This document shows, in pieces, positions 47,468 through 58,590 of a stretch of DNA of 64,000 bases. Numbering within the stretch: position 1 is the first letter of the stretch; every line of letters begins with the position of its first letter. A model generated the notes under the pieces. That model ran no database searches, was not told where the DNA came from, and saw only the letters and a program-made list of their open reading frames with translations. The DNA lies in the NCBI GenBank assembly GCA_040285825.1, contig JAUPSS010000006.1:1178001-1242000 (forward strand), written 5' to 3'. The DNA is from Eukaryota sp. TZLM1-RC (Eukaryota > Protista > Metamonada: BaSk clade). A program made the translations under genes and the position numbers.

Positions 47468-49520
47468 TTCAAGAGCGGCTGTTGCTACAGGTCAAGCAAC
47501 AAGTTAAAAGATGAGGATAAAAGTTGTCACTTGATTGGTCTCATGTTGACGTATTGTGACATGACTCATGTGAGGTTTAGAGTTAAAGTTGAAGCAGTCA
47601 GAAAAATTTAAATCAAAATTTGATTCAACTAAAGCTATCTAGAACCCCTTTAAACTGATACTGGGCACTATTTAGTAAAGGCTCCATCGTATTACAAAGT
47701 TTCGTTTTATCATAAAGTGTAGTTTTTTTGTCAGTATGTCGTCTCTTTAAACAATTTTTTATATTAATGCAGCAAAATGAATATACAATGAGGCTCTATT
47801 CGATGAGGTGTTCTATTTTGTAATTTACTTGATGAAAGCTGAAACGTATGCATTCAGTTAAACACTCATCAATTGATTTTGCTATACAACTTTCCTATCA
47901 ATTTCATTGAATATTTATTTGAATGCCTTCAAAACTTTGGTTTGTTTAGTTTTAAGTAAAGAAAAGTTTTTGATTAAACACAAATTAGGTGTCTTTTAAG
48001 GGGACGTTTTGTCTATTTACTTCTCATTGTTATAGATACAGCATTGACCCCTTTAACTGATTCGAAAATAACTACCAAAAATTGAATTACACTTACATCG
48101 AGTTCTTCGTGACACAAATACTGATTATATTTATGACATTAATTTGGTATTCATTTATTCAAAATGTAGGAATCATCAGTTCTTTTGCTCTTCGATCTCA
48201 TGTTTTTCGCATGAATTATATGCTTGGTCACAGTTCAAAGTTTCGGTGCTCTATGTCATTTAAATAGTGATCAAAAATTCACAAACTAATTCATTCTGAA
48301 GAAGTTTATGATATCGAACTTCTTTGATAAACAAAGAGAAGCGTCTCAGAGTTTCCTCAAAACACTATTGCAGAAGACTTTTACAGAGTTTTTAAAGTCT
48401 GTTAAAGGCATTTATATATTCGCTATTCATAGAGTAAAGAGTATGAAGTGTCCCAGTTTTGAATTGTTATTATCAAGTTGACATTCTTGGTTGAATCATT
48501 TCCATTGTAAGTATCTATGTGGAAGCTGTGCTCTATTGATGAAAAGATTACCTATTGCGACGTCTAAAATGAAAACAATTGTGCGAAAAATTAGCATCTG
48601 AGGCTCTCGATTCCTCATATCGCAAATTTAAACTCAGGTTGGAACTCCACGATCAGCAAAACTTTATGAGCAAATTTGGCAACACACAACGTTCCGTTGC
48701 AACCTCTCTTTTTCAATTTGATTGAATTTAACCTTTGCCATTTCACATGCACTGAAAAATGAAAGCGTTTGAGATAGTTTCACGTTGGTTGCTAAGTTAT
48801 GAATTCGATCCAGACTGAAATAATGACCAGAGTTGTCGCATTTATGAAGCGAAATTCCTCAAAGAGCTTTCGCTGTTCTTTTTCAAATGAAGAAAGTTCA
48901 TCAAAAACCATTCATATATGAAGGTTTTTGACAAAAGCAGACCTTATCTCATTTGTTAGAATAGATACAAGTAATAATTACCTGGTAGTGACTAGATTTT
49001 ATGCTGTGCTGATACACTTTTAAATGGCTCTCGACCATAATGTTTTTTGGGTCCAATTCGCAATGTTCAGCAAAAATAAAAATTAATTACTGCGACACTC
49101 TTCCGTTGCGAAACATTGGTAGCAAGAATAACAAAAGGAATGAACAGTCAGTATATTCACCAAAAACTGCAACTCATTTGGTACGACCGACCTGCTAACA
49201 GCTTGATGATGACAGAATTTGAAATTCCCAATGTATGATTAATTTGTGAATTGATTCCATGCTGAATATCATCAGCAATATGGCTTAGATTTGATTTTCC
49301 ATGAAAAAGTTTGGATCTCAACCCAGATTCATACGTTCATTGATACCTTGATGGTCACACACATGATCTTAATGAAATTTCAATACAAAAGTTCGAAAAA
49401 AATTGGTTGACAAATGGAGAAAAATGGAGAAAAGATAGGAATAACAATAAGCCGCTTAAAAAGATTGTAATCGCTGACAAACAGAGAACAAAATTTGATT
49501 CAGAATGACGATTTCTTGTG

Positions 49521-49593
49521 CAGATTACCTAGCGTGGTCTATTTCAAAAATGACACGTAAGCATGACCAATGAAGACCTTTTAATCAACTTCT
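49521..49593 (+). promoter_or_regulatory. Orphan copy of the TRIM upstream region (TGACACGTAAGCATGAC), truncated by a family B fragment
   Basis: Near-identical to 52404-52475. Confidence 0.7.
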
Positions 49594-49602
49594 AATATCA
49601 TT

Positions 49603-50480
49603 ATCTGGTGTCAAACAAGGTGATCCATTAGATCCTTTCTTTTTCTGCCTTGCTATCCATCCTTTAATGTGTGAATTAAAACAAGAATTTCCAGGTGTTC
49701 ATATAACTGCTTATATGGATGACATATCAATAATTGGTTTAATTGATTCATTGAGAACAATTGCTGAAATTGTTCAACAGCGCTATTATCAAATTGGTCT
49801 TTCTCCAAATATTTTCAAATGTTTACTGATTGGTAGAGAGTCAGCTGATCTCATTATTGATGATCAAAGTGTTCCTTTTATTAATTATTTTGAATCAGGA
49901 TTTCGTTTTTTAGGTTGTTATTTAGGCAATTTTGATGAAATTCGAAATCAACTTTCCTCTCTTTTGGATAATTTTGAAGAGGAATTGATTGTTCTTTCAG
50001 ATTTAAAGATTGAAAAACATCTTAAATTTTTCTTCCTCAGAATTTGTTATTCAGGGAATTATTCATATCCTACGATCAACATCACCATCTATATCTCTCA
50101 GAAGAATTTTCAATGAATTAAGAACAAAATTTTTGGCTAATTTGCTCGATATTGATTCTTCTTTTTTACGTAGTCATATTTTTTGTAGTACAGAATTGGG
50201 CGTTTTGGATTTTCACAAATCAAAATATTTGTGTAAAGCCGCATTCATCGATGGAGGAAAAAATTTCGTTTTTGAATTTTTGAAACGTTTTCCTGAAAAC
50301 CAGCATTTAATAGAATGTTGTGTTAGTGACTATTTAGTGTCCTTGCGGAGTGAAATTGAATGCATTTCTCCTCACATATGGTCCAAATGCTTTCCTTCTG
50401 ATATTCAAGAAATTCAACCCAGGAGTTTGATTTCCTTGAAATTTGCATATGCTAAATTGCAGAAAAAGATATTAAAAGTC
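49603..50480 (+). mobile_element. Internal RT fragment of a family B-related non-LTR element
   Basis: GVKQGDPLDPF, AYMDD, EKHLKFFFLRIC, GGKNFVFEF. Confidence 0.85.
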
Positions 50481-50789
50481 TCCGGCTGTCACCTTATTTA
50501 AATTTATACATTTGTTTCAGCTTTTAAAGAAAACTGGATTTGCTGACCTGCTAGATAATCTTGTACATGGTTGTCCGATGGAGTAAAATGTTAAACACAC
50601 CACAGTTGGTGGCTTAAAAGTGTTGCAAACTCAGTAATTCACGGATATTGTCAATAGAAAAGACTCTGTTTTATTGATAAAACGTGTTCTGTATCACTTC
50701 TTTTGAAAAGTATTTCCAAATAATATTAAATTAATAATGATCATTCGTTAAATAAATCTATTATTAAAAATGATAAATAAATCTATTTC

Positions 50790-51100
50790 TTAAACTTACA
50801 CACTCAACAGAATTGACTCATAACTAATGGGACAAAATTCATTGAACCAAGATTGCCTCTACAGAATCTTGTTATAGTTGTTGTTTCGATAAAGCTTCTC
50901 TATCAATGATTGAAGAACCGAGGCAATCTATTAAAATTGGGAAATTGAATTTGAGAGGCCATAAAAACATATCAAATCTTTTCACTGATTTTTTGAACCA
51001 TTTTTTGGAAATCATTCGAAAAAGTTCCTGCTTCTACTGGTAGTCTTTTGTAAATAAAAAATTGGAAAGCAATAAAAACAAGTGGTCTATTTCTAACAGT
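50790..51100 (-). mobile_element. Old 3' fragment of non-LTR family A
   Basis: TCATAACTAATGGGAC...GAACCAAGATT and downstream similarity to 34560-34860. Confidence 0.75.
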
Positions 51101-51679
51101 TCTGTTTCATACTATATTTATTAACAAAAAATTTCAGTTACCTTGCTTCAAATTGGGAAAACGTTTGTTAGTCAAGAATCCATTCCCATCCAACTGCATA
51201 TGAGACTCCAAAAAAGCATATGAGACTCTACACTAGTGGGCTCAATGAATGATTCATTAGTTTTTATGGGAGAGCCATCTTCATTGCCAAAAAAAGCACT
51301 CAATTATTTAAACTAAATTTCACTATTACAAAATCAGGCTTTCTGCATACCATTGTTTGATTTCATATAAATGAAGTTTAACTTGTAGGAATTCCATATG
51401 GAACCTTCATAACACTCTCAAATTTAGAAAACATGAGTTCAATTGTTCAATTACTAACGCCAATTCTTTCACACTTATTGTTGTAGTGAGGTCAAGAATT
51501 ATTCAATAATTATTTAAGACAAGACAAATTGTTTTCCTTATAATACAATAATGATATCAAACACAATTTTATGCCCTGAAAATTCTAGATAATAGTAAAT
51601 TATAGAAATACAAAAATGATTGAAGTTTAGAATGGCCAATAAAAGTTTATTAATTTTATATTTTATTCTACGAAGAAAC

Positions 51680-52137
51680 AAAACAAAACAAAACAAGCTC
51701 AAACACATAAGAAACAAAATTCTCCACACCAACTCTTGATGAATCCTTACACAGCTTGGACATCATTAAATTTAAGTACTTGGGAACACTTCTGTACAAA
51801 GCAAAAATGATACGATTCTTCCATAAATTCCCTGCAAAATTCTTACTTGAACGACATCAATTATCAAAATCATTGAGAAAATTCAAGGCAGATTGTCCAA
51901 TGTTGCCAAAAATCGTGAAGGCAAAAGGAACAAACGAAAACTTCGAGTAAAGATACTTATTTAAATCATTTAATATCTCAGTATATTTGTCTCTTTTACG
52001 ATCCTCAGCCTTGTTTAAATGACCATTAGAACTAATTGCTCCTTTTGTGGATTCCTCTCAAATTGTTGTTGATTTTACTACAGTTGATCCCTTTGCTTTT
52101 ATTTATCGTAATGAAGTTTAAGTTAGTTCTGATGGTC
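51680..52137 (-). mobile_element. Truncated family C copy with 5' inversion (minus 51680-52035; inverted 52033-52137)
   Basis: 51697-52035 matches 43943-44283; 52033-52137 matches the reverse complement of 44269-44373. Confidence 0.85.
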
Positions 52138-52221
52138 CATATCTACTATTGAAAACTTACCTACAACATTTTCTTCAAAAATTTTCCTTGTGATAACAAC
52201 GAGCTAGGAACAAGGCTATAC

Positions 52222-52403
52222 ATTCCTTTAAAAATAGAAAATACAATTCTGTTTTGCCAAAAGGTTCGGTCAAATATTCTTCCAGTTCTATTTTTGACAA
52301 TAGATGAGAAATCGTCCAAAAAAGATAACGCAGTTTTACTTAAGATTCCAAATAAAGAAAAAGCAAAAGGACAAAGAAGGTATTGAGTATGTGAGTTGGA
52401 ATT
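52222..52403 (-). mobile_element. Family B endonuclease-region fragment
   Basis: HTQYLLCPFAFSLFG...RTGRIFDRTFWQNRIVFSIFKGM. Confidence 0.8.
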
Positions 52404-52433
52404 CAGATTACCTAGTGTGGTCTATTTCAAAAA

Positions 52434-52450
52434 TGACACGTAAGCATGAC
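52434..52450 (+). promoter_or_regulatory. Conserved upstream motif TGACACGTAAGCATGAC of TRIM genes
   Basis: Also at 32827-32842 (minus), 49551-49567 and 6536-6552; lies ~52-55 nt before the ATG where the gene start is present. Confidence 0.5.
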
Positions 52451-52502
52451 CAATAAGACCTTTTAACCAACTTCTCTCACCATTCATCATCTTCTTCATC
52501 CA

Positions 52503-54542
52503 ATGTCTCACCTAGAATGCGGAATATGCCTTCAGATCATGGAGCAACCGACTACGCTCCCATGTGGTCATAACTTCTGTCGTGATCGATGTCTGTTGCC
52601 CTCCAAGAAGCAACGTTCTTCCTGTCCCCAATGCCGCGAGGAGATTCCCTCGATGTGTCACCGCATAAATATCACACTGCGCGACATCATCGAAGCCTCC
52701 TCACAGCACTCTTCTCTCTCTGAACCTTGCTTTCAATGCGAAGAAGCTCCTGCTACTTTATTTTGCTCTGATTGCGATCATTCTTACTGCCACGAATGCT
52801 CCTCCTTCATTCACAAAATCAAGGCATTTCAATCCCACACCGTCGTCCCTCTCTCACAAAAATCCAACGTCTCCCTTCCCAAATGTCCTCACCACAAGAA
52901 CAAGGAAATCGAACATTATTGCACCAAGTGTAAGGTTGCTTTGTGCGATTCCTGTGGCTTGCTTCATGGCCACTCTCAACACCATGAAGCTCTTGTGTCA
53001 TTTTCACAAGCCAAGGAAGCCTTTGCCAAACAAATGGAAGAGTTTCAGGTTAAAGTTTCCACTATTACCCCCTCTTTGGCTCAATCAGGGGATAGAGTAG
53101 AATCGGTTGTGAGGGAAAGCCTCAATCAAACCCAATCAATTTTACATGATTTGATTGGTGATTTGATCACACAATCTGGTTTAAAGCTTCAGCAGCTAGA
53201 GTCGTCGAAAACTGTTGAAGAATCACTTGCTTTTGATGGCAATGTGAAGGAAAGAGCTCAGGAAGAGATTCAAAAGATTCAAAATGTATTTGATGAATTT
53301 AAAACTACTTTATTTACTTGTTTTGATAATTTAGAATCTGAAACTATTGGTTTTAAGCTATCTTTATTAGGAAAATTACTAGGCAAGGAATTGATTGATG
53401 TTGACAAGCTGAATATTTCAAAAAGAGCTCAAGAACTTGTCTTTGCTGCCCAAATTGGTCAAGATTGTGTTCCTTTAAGTGATGAAATTGATGAATTAAT
53501 TCCTCTTGAAATTGACTTGCAATTAAAACAAAAATTAATTACCATTTTTATCAATAATTCAAAATCAATTAATGTTTCAGATTTTATTTGGCTCTTTAAC
53601 CTTGAATCAAATTTAGTTTCTGATGTTGATTTTGATTTAGTTATTTCTAAATTGGAATTTGGTAGGTTTTCCAATCACGAATTTATTAATGTTGTTGATT
53701 TTGCAATTCAACATTCTAATTCTTTGTTATTAAGCAAGGTTATTGATAATTATTCATTTGAATTAGTTCCAGAATTACCAACTATTCCAAGTAATTTATT
53801 ATCAAATATTACTTTAACTAATTCTTTAAATAAAAGAAAAGAAGAATGGTTGGAGAAGGTAATTAAAAAGAATTGTTCAAGGGACAATATTGGTGAAATT
53901 TCCAGAAATTTATTAGGAAGGGAACTGATGTTCAAAACAATTAGTGTTGGGGTTTGGGTTCATTCAAGTGTCATAAACGACCTAACCACCAAGCTTAATA
54001 AAGGTTTAACTGAAAATTGGGGGGATTTAGAAGTTGTTATTAATACAAGTGGTAATGCCATCAACAATTACAATCAACTTCTACCTTTTGATGTGGTGGT
54101 TTTAGATCCTTACAATGTCCTTTGTCCAGGCCAATACCTCAACCAGCTGTTAGAAGCTGGTAAAGGTTTGGTATTGTTCAACTCTTCATCATCAAGGTCC
54201 CAAGGGTTTAATTACTCTTGCTTTAGTGGGGGTAATTGGACTAACCTTGGATCACAACAAAACATTGTTAAAACAAAGTCAAATGACCCAATATTCGCAA
54301 ATGTCAACTCTTTTGCTGTTCCAAGGGCTCGTAAAGATGCCCAACTTGTCAATGGAACCTTGTTGGCAAGTGTGTCTAATGGAAGTCCTTTAATTGCAAA
54401 GAATGAAATAGGTCAAGGTAGAATGGTGGAGTTTGATTGTTATGAATGGAGTAGTGATTTTGATGGTAATGGCTGGCAAAGCTCAACTGATGGTCACAGG
54501 TTGATTGCCAATTCTATTGTATGGGCTAGTAAAGGGATTTAG
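52503..54542 (+). CDS. Intact TRIM-like E3 ligase (RING-Bbox-Bbox-coiled coil-helical-C-terminal alpha/beta domain), 679 aa
   Basis: CGICLQIMEQPTTLPCGHNFC...CPQCR; two B-boxes; C-terminal domain shared with the paralogs. Confidence 0.93.
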   Translation: MSHLECGICLQIMEQPTTLPCGHNFCRDRCLLPSKKQRSSCPQCREEIPSMCHRINITLRDIIEASSQHSSLSEPCFQCEEAPATLFCSDCDHSYCHECSSFIHKIKAFQSHTVVPLSQKSNVSLPKCPHHKNKEIEHYCTKCKVALCDSCGLLHGHSQHHEALVSFSQAKEAFAKQMEEFQVKVSTITPSLAQSGDRVESVVRESLNQTQSILHDLIGDLITQSGLKLQQLESSKTVEESLAFDGNVKERAQEEIQKIQNVFDEFKTTLFTCFDNLESETIGFKLSLLGKLLGKELIDVDKLNISKRAQELVFAAQIGQDCVPLSDEIDELIPLEIDLQLKQKLITIFINNSKSINVSDFIWLFNLESNLVSDVDFDLVISKLEFGRFSNHEFINVVDFAIQHSNSLLLSKVIDNYSFELVPELPTIPSNLLSNITLTNSLNKRKEEWLEKVIKKNCSRDNIGEISRNLLGRELMFKTISVGVWVHSSVINDLTTKLNKGLTENWGDLEVVINTSGNAINNYNQLLPFDVVVLDPYNVLCPGQYLNQLLEAGKGLVLFNSSSSRSQGFNYSCFSGGNWTNLGSQQNIVKTKSNDPIFANVNSFAVPRARKDAQLVNGTLLASVSNGSPLIAKNEIGQGRMVEFDCYEWSSDFDGNGWQSSTDGHRLIANSIVWASKGI

Positions 54543-54780
54543 TTTGTAAATAAATTGGTTTTTTTGTAATTATTTTCTGGAATAAAACATCAATTAATTA
54601 ATTAATTAAACACATAATTTTTGTTTTTTATAATAACAACACTATTGTTTTTCTAATTTCAAGTGTAAATCTTGGTAATAATCAGGAAAGTTGAAGTTCA
54701 AAATCCTTTTAATTATCCTCAATTGGTTTGCAAATTTAGTATGATTTTGAATTAAAATGGAAAAAAAATTTTACCATACG

Positions 54781-55097
54781 TGGAAAATACACAGATTTGC
54801 TCTGAAAAATACAAAAATACAGCATAGAGGCAATCGACGCTTCATATAAATTTCAACAATAAATGACAAACCAACATACTCAATTTATTGAAGAAACACC
54901 CCAAAAGCAACAAAACCAAGAAACAACTATCAAACATGAGTGGGTGTGCTTCCTTCATTGATTTGAAAAAACATTCAATTTGTTACATTTTGGTGTTGTT
55001 CGAAGCTACCATGTCCCACAGGGGATTCCTTGACGCGGTGACTCTCATAGCAAAGCCATCTGGAAGAAACTTAGCAGGGGAAAACGAATACGTATTA
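54781..55097 (+). repeat. Uninterrupted copy of the dispersed repeat that is split by family B at 11048-13250 (empty site)
   Basis: TTCATATAAATTT at 54841 corresponds to the single-copy target. Confidence 0.8.
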
Positions 55098-55185
55098 GAC
55101 CGTTGGAAGCCATTGAGAGAAAAAGATTTCACCTTTGGGGTTTTGTAAATAACAAAAAATACAAAAAAAAACAAAAATGCATTGA

Positions 55186-55551
55186 ATATCTATTTAACAA
55201 ATTCTGTAAATCAACGAAAAGAAGAATGGTTGGAGAAGGTAATTAAAAAGAATTGTTCAAGTGACAATATTGGTGAAATTTCCAGAAAATTATTAGTAAG
55301 GAATTGACAATCAAAAAAATTAGTGTTGGGGTTTGGGTTGATTCAACTACCATAAACGACCTAACTACCAAGCTTAATATAGGTTTAACTGAAAATTGGG
55401 GGGATTTAGAAGTTGTTATTAATTCAAGTGGTAATGCCATCAACAATTACAATCAACTTGAACCTTTTGATGTTGTGGTTTTAGATCCTTGCAATGTCCC
55501 TTGTCCAGGCCAATACCTCAACCTGCTGTTGAAAATTGGGGGGATTTAGAA
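55186..55551 (+). pseudogene. Promoterless partial copy of the TRIM C-terminal variable domain
   Basis: Matches 53805-54151 but carries its own residues at the variable sites; ends with a re-copied 21-mer (55391-55411 repeated at 55531-55551). Confidence 0.85.
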
Positions 55552-56003
55552 ATTCCTTCCTGTTCGGATTGAACGAATTATGCTTTGACTTTGAACCACA
55601 TTTGATGTTAAACGCAAAGTAAAAGAGAGGAGACAGATTTTTCTGTGGTTTTTCTGAAGCATCACTTATTAAGAAACTAATATGGCTAGTATGTTACGAT
55701 GAAATCACCTTGTGGACCTTGTTTTCCATCACCCTTGTATTCAACATATATTGTTTAGTCTTGTCACTTTGCAAAAGCAGATTGAGGGCATTCATCACGA
55801 ATTGAGAGCATGTGGTTCATCTAAATACGTGTGAGAAACCGAGAATAGATCATAATTGTAAGGAATCATATTGGTAGTAATGAGCAACCATTGAAGTGGT
55901 TGAGACAAACTCATTTTACTGGATGTAAAAATCAAAGATAAAATCTTCAACTCAACACTCATTATAGAGGTCACTTAATCCATTACAGGCGTTATCTTCA
56001 AGA

Positions 56004-56474
56004 ATGGACCTACACCTCACAAGACTTGTTCAAGAACATAAAGCATGGAAGCGCAACCATCCACCGGGCTTCATTGCTCGTCCACAAAAACTGGCTGATG
56101 GCAGTCTCAATCTCATGCGTTGGCAGTGTAAAATCCCAGGACCCCCAGACACAATATGGGAAGGTGGCATGCTCCCTGTAGTCATGGAGTTCTCCTCAGA
56201 TTATCCACAAATGCCACCCAAATGTCGGTTCGACCCTCCTCTCTGCCATCCCAACATTTTCCCATCTGGTACTGTTTGTTTGTCACTCTTGGCAGAAGGA
56301 AAGCAATGGAGACCCTCGCTGCGTGTGAAGGATATACTGCTAGGGATTCAGCAGTTGTTAGAGGGCGTGAACATTGATGATCCTGCTAATGAAAAGGGTT
56401 TGTTGTTGTACATTCATGACCAAGAAAAGTACAAGGAACAGATTCGAGAGTATGTTCGCCAGCATTCTCACTAG
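56004..56474 (+). CDS. UBC9: SUMO-conjugating enzyme E2
   Basis: RLVQEHKAWKRNHPPGFIARP..ADGSLNLMRWQCKIPG..T.WEGG; HPNIFPSGTVCLS. Confidence 0.92.
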   Translation: MDLHLTRLVQEHKAWKRNHPPGFIARPQKLADGSLNLMRWQCKIPGPPDTIWEGGMLPVVMEFSSDYPQMPPKCRFDPPLCHPNIFPSGTVCLSLLAEGKQWRPSLRVKDILLGIQQLLEGVNIDDPANEKGLLLYIHDQEKYKEQIREYVRQHSH

Positions 56475-56917
56475 TGTTTATTAATTATATTTATTTTCAA
56501 TTAGTTATTTTGGAATTTTGATTTTTGTTTAGTGTTAACATTTCGAGGTTGGTTTGCTTATTGTTTTTAGTTTTTATTTGGTTAACTTTGATTCATAAAT
56601 GGTCTCTAACACTTGTTTTTGTTGTAGTCAATTATGTAGTCTAACTGTCAAAATTTAATCAAAATGATTGAGTCAATGGTGAAGACATGCATTGATCAAT
56701 TCTAATTCAAGTGACTATTTCGATAACAAATTGACAACCTTCCTTAACCTTCACTGTTGTGGTTCAGTGAATCAATGTGGGCACTTTGTTTGCCTTCATA
56801 ATCTTCATTCAACTTCAATTGACGACTTTCTAATTCACATGTTTAAAAAAGTTGTTTTCAAACCTTCATAACAATCATGGTGTAAAGTTAAAAGAAAAAA
56901 GATTGTTTAATCTACTG

Positions 56918-57413
56918 TTATTTATTGAATTTGCACACTTATTTAAATTAACTCATAACTAATGGGACGACTATCAGTGAACCAAGATTTCATCTACAAA
57001 ATCTTGATCTGCTTGCTGTCTAGCTAAAGCTTCTCTTATTCGATTGAAAAACCGTGGTAATCTATTAATAATGGCAAATTGAATCCGTGAACACCAAAAA
57101 AAAATGTCAAATCTTTTCATTGTTTTTTCTTGCACCATTTTTTGAAGTCATTCAAAAAGGTTTCTACTTCAACTGACAATCTTCCATTTATCGAAAATGG
57201 GAAAGCAATAAAAACCAGCTGTGTATTTCTATCGACATTAGCCTCTTCAATATCTTTATCATATTTTCTATGTTTCTCTTTTGCTCTAACATCAAGAGCA
57301 CTCACATGATTAAGTTATCATCTGTGAACCAAAGTATCATTTGCAAAATTACATGAGACAAAGTCAACAATGGTACAAGAATTATCAATCCAATCACAGT
57401 ATACATCACCTCT
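56918..57413 (-). mobile_element. 3' fragment of non-LTR family A
   Basis: Matches 34540-35035. Confidence 0.9.
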
Positions 57414-57486
57414 GTTTTTGTTTAATAAAATACAATTAAAAACCAAATCAACAGACAATACCATTTATTACCCAACCAAACCCCTC

Positions 57487-58590
57487 CTAAAACAAGGGAC
57501 ACAAACCAATTTCAGAACATACATCAAAATCACCATCTTTTGCAAACACCAGCAACCTTTCTAATTCTGCAATCAGATTCAAGCACCATTTACTACCAGC
57601 ACCTCCTCTTGAAGAACACATCATCCTAGTGGTTGCAGATGCCATCTCCATGTCGCTCTCCCCATGACCCTTCACCATGTCAACCAAACCCCTACATGTC
57701 TCGCACATTGGCCAATAGTTGATGGAGCATTGTTTCTCCCTGCATAGACGAATGACGTGACAGATGAGTTCAGGAGGGAAGGCTCGGAGTAAAAGGGCGA
57801 TTATCTCGTCAATAGAGTCTGATAGCATTCGTTCGCAGCTAGGTCTAAAAGCAAGAGGAACAGTCTCACAGACGTCACTCAACCACTTCTCAATCTCTTC
57901 TCGTGTGGTTTCATCGTCTAGCTTGTCCTCAATGGCACGCATGACAAAGACGCAGACGGAGCATTTGGTAGAGTGGTCATTGTTGTCGTGGGGGTTTTGG
58001 AGGTTTTGTGGTTTGGAAACACATGTGCCAGTGAAGTGGCAAACAAAATCAGGAGAAAGACCTGATTTGAGGAGATCAATGATGATTTTACCGTATTGAT
58101 CAACCCAAACATGACAGGATTGAGACCAAGAAGGAGAGGGTAACATATCGCAGGTCTTCCCAACAAAATCGATGATGTGCTCCTCAGAGTCTTCTAGCTT
58201 GGAGTAGATCAACTGCACAAGCCATTTACACAGACTACAGGCAGGAGAGTTGGAGTCTGAGGGAGAAGAAAGAGACTTATCAAATTCCATTAGACACAAA
58301 CCTAATGGATCTTTTTCTGTTTTCATCAGAGTCACTAGCTCCAAACGATGCTGCATTGCTTCTGGAGAACACAGCAGATGATCTGGGTCTTCTCTGCATT
58401 CGATTTGAATTAAGTCAAGATAGTGAGAGTCAGTCTTGACTATTAAGGATTCAGTTCTAGCTATGACGCCTTTGGTTAGTAAAGTTGAGTGAAACATACG
58501 ATTCACAAATGATTCACATTGGTTAATATCAGTTGGTTCTGTTGCCACAACCACAACCAGCACAATGCACAGGACTACAACAAGCTTCAT
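57487..58590 (-). CDS. Prosaposin-like secreted protein with several saposin-B domains
   Basis: Signal peptide; CSLCKWLV...C...C..VDQYG.....C...C and CSVCVFVM...C...C...PELICHVIRLC saposin patterns. Confidence 0.9.
   Translation of the reverse strand: MKLVVVLCIVLVVVVATEPTDINQCESFVNRMFHSTLLTKGVIARTESLIVKTDSHYLDLIQIECREDPDHLLCSPEAMQHRLELVTLMKTEKDPLGLCLMEFDKSLSSPSDSNSPACSLCKWLVQLIYSKLEDSEEHIIDFVGKTCDMLPSPSWSQSCHVWVDQYGKIIIDLLKSGLSPDFVCHFTGTCVSKPQNLQNPHDNNDHSTKCSVCVFVMRAIEDKLDDETTREEIEKWLSDVCETVPLAFRPSCERMLSDSIDEIIALLLRAFPPELICHVIRLCREKQCSINYWPMCETCRGLVDMVKGHGESDMEMASATTRMMCSSRGGAGSKWCLNLIAELERLLVFAKDGDFDVCSEIGLCPLF

Noticed and set aside
48300-49300. Second hAT transposase relic (TRWNST-like remnant near 48635)
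   Set aside because: Only a frameshifted motif-like trace; insufficient support without a search.
53940-55551. Diversity-generating retroelement (VR/TR pair) behind TRIM variability
   Set aside because: The first patch fits NNY codons, but other patches change third positions and non-adenine bases (TCT/TTC/TGG, CTT/CGA). Many AAC/AAT codons are invariant, the fragment is not A-enriched at variable sites, and no DGR-type RT is present.
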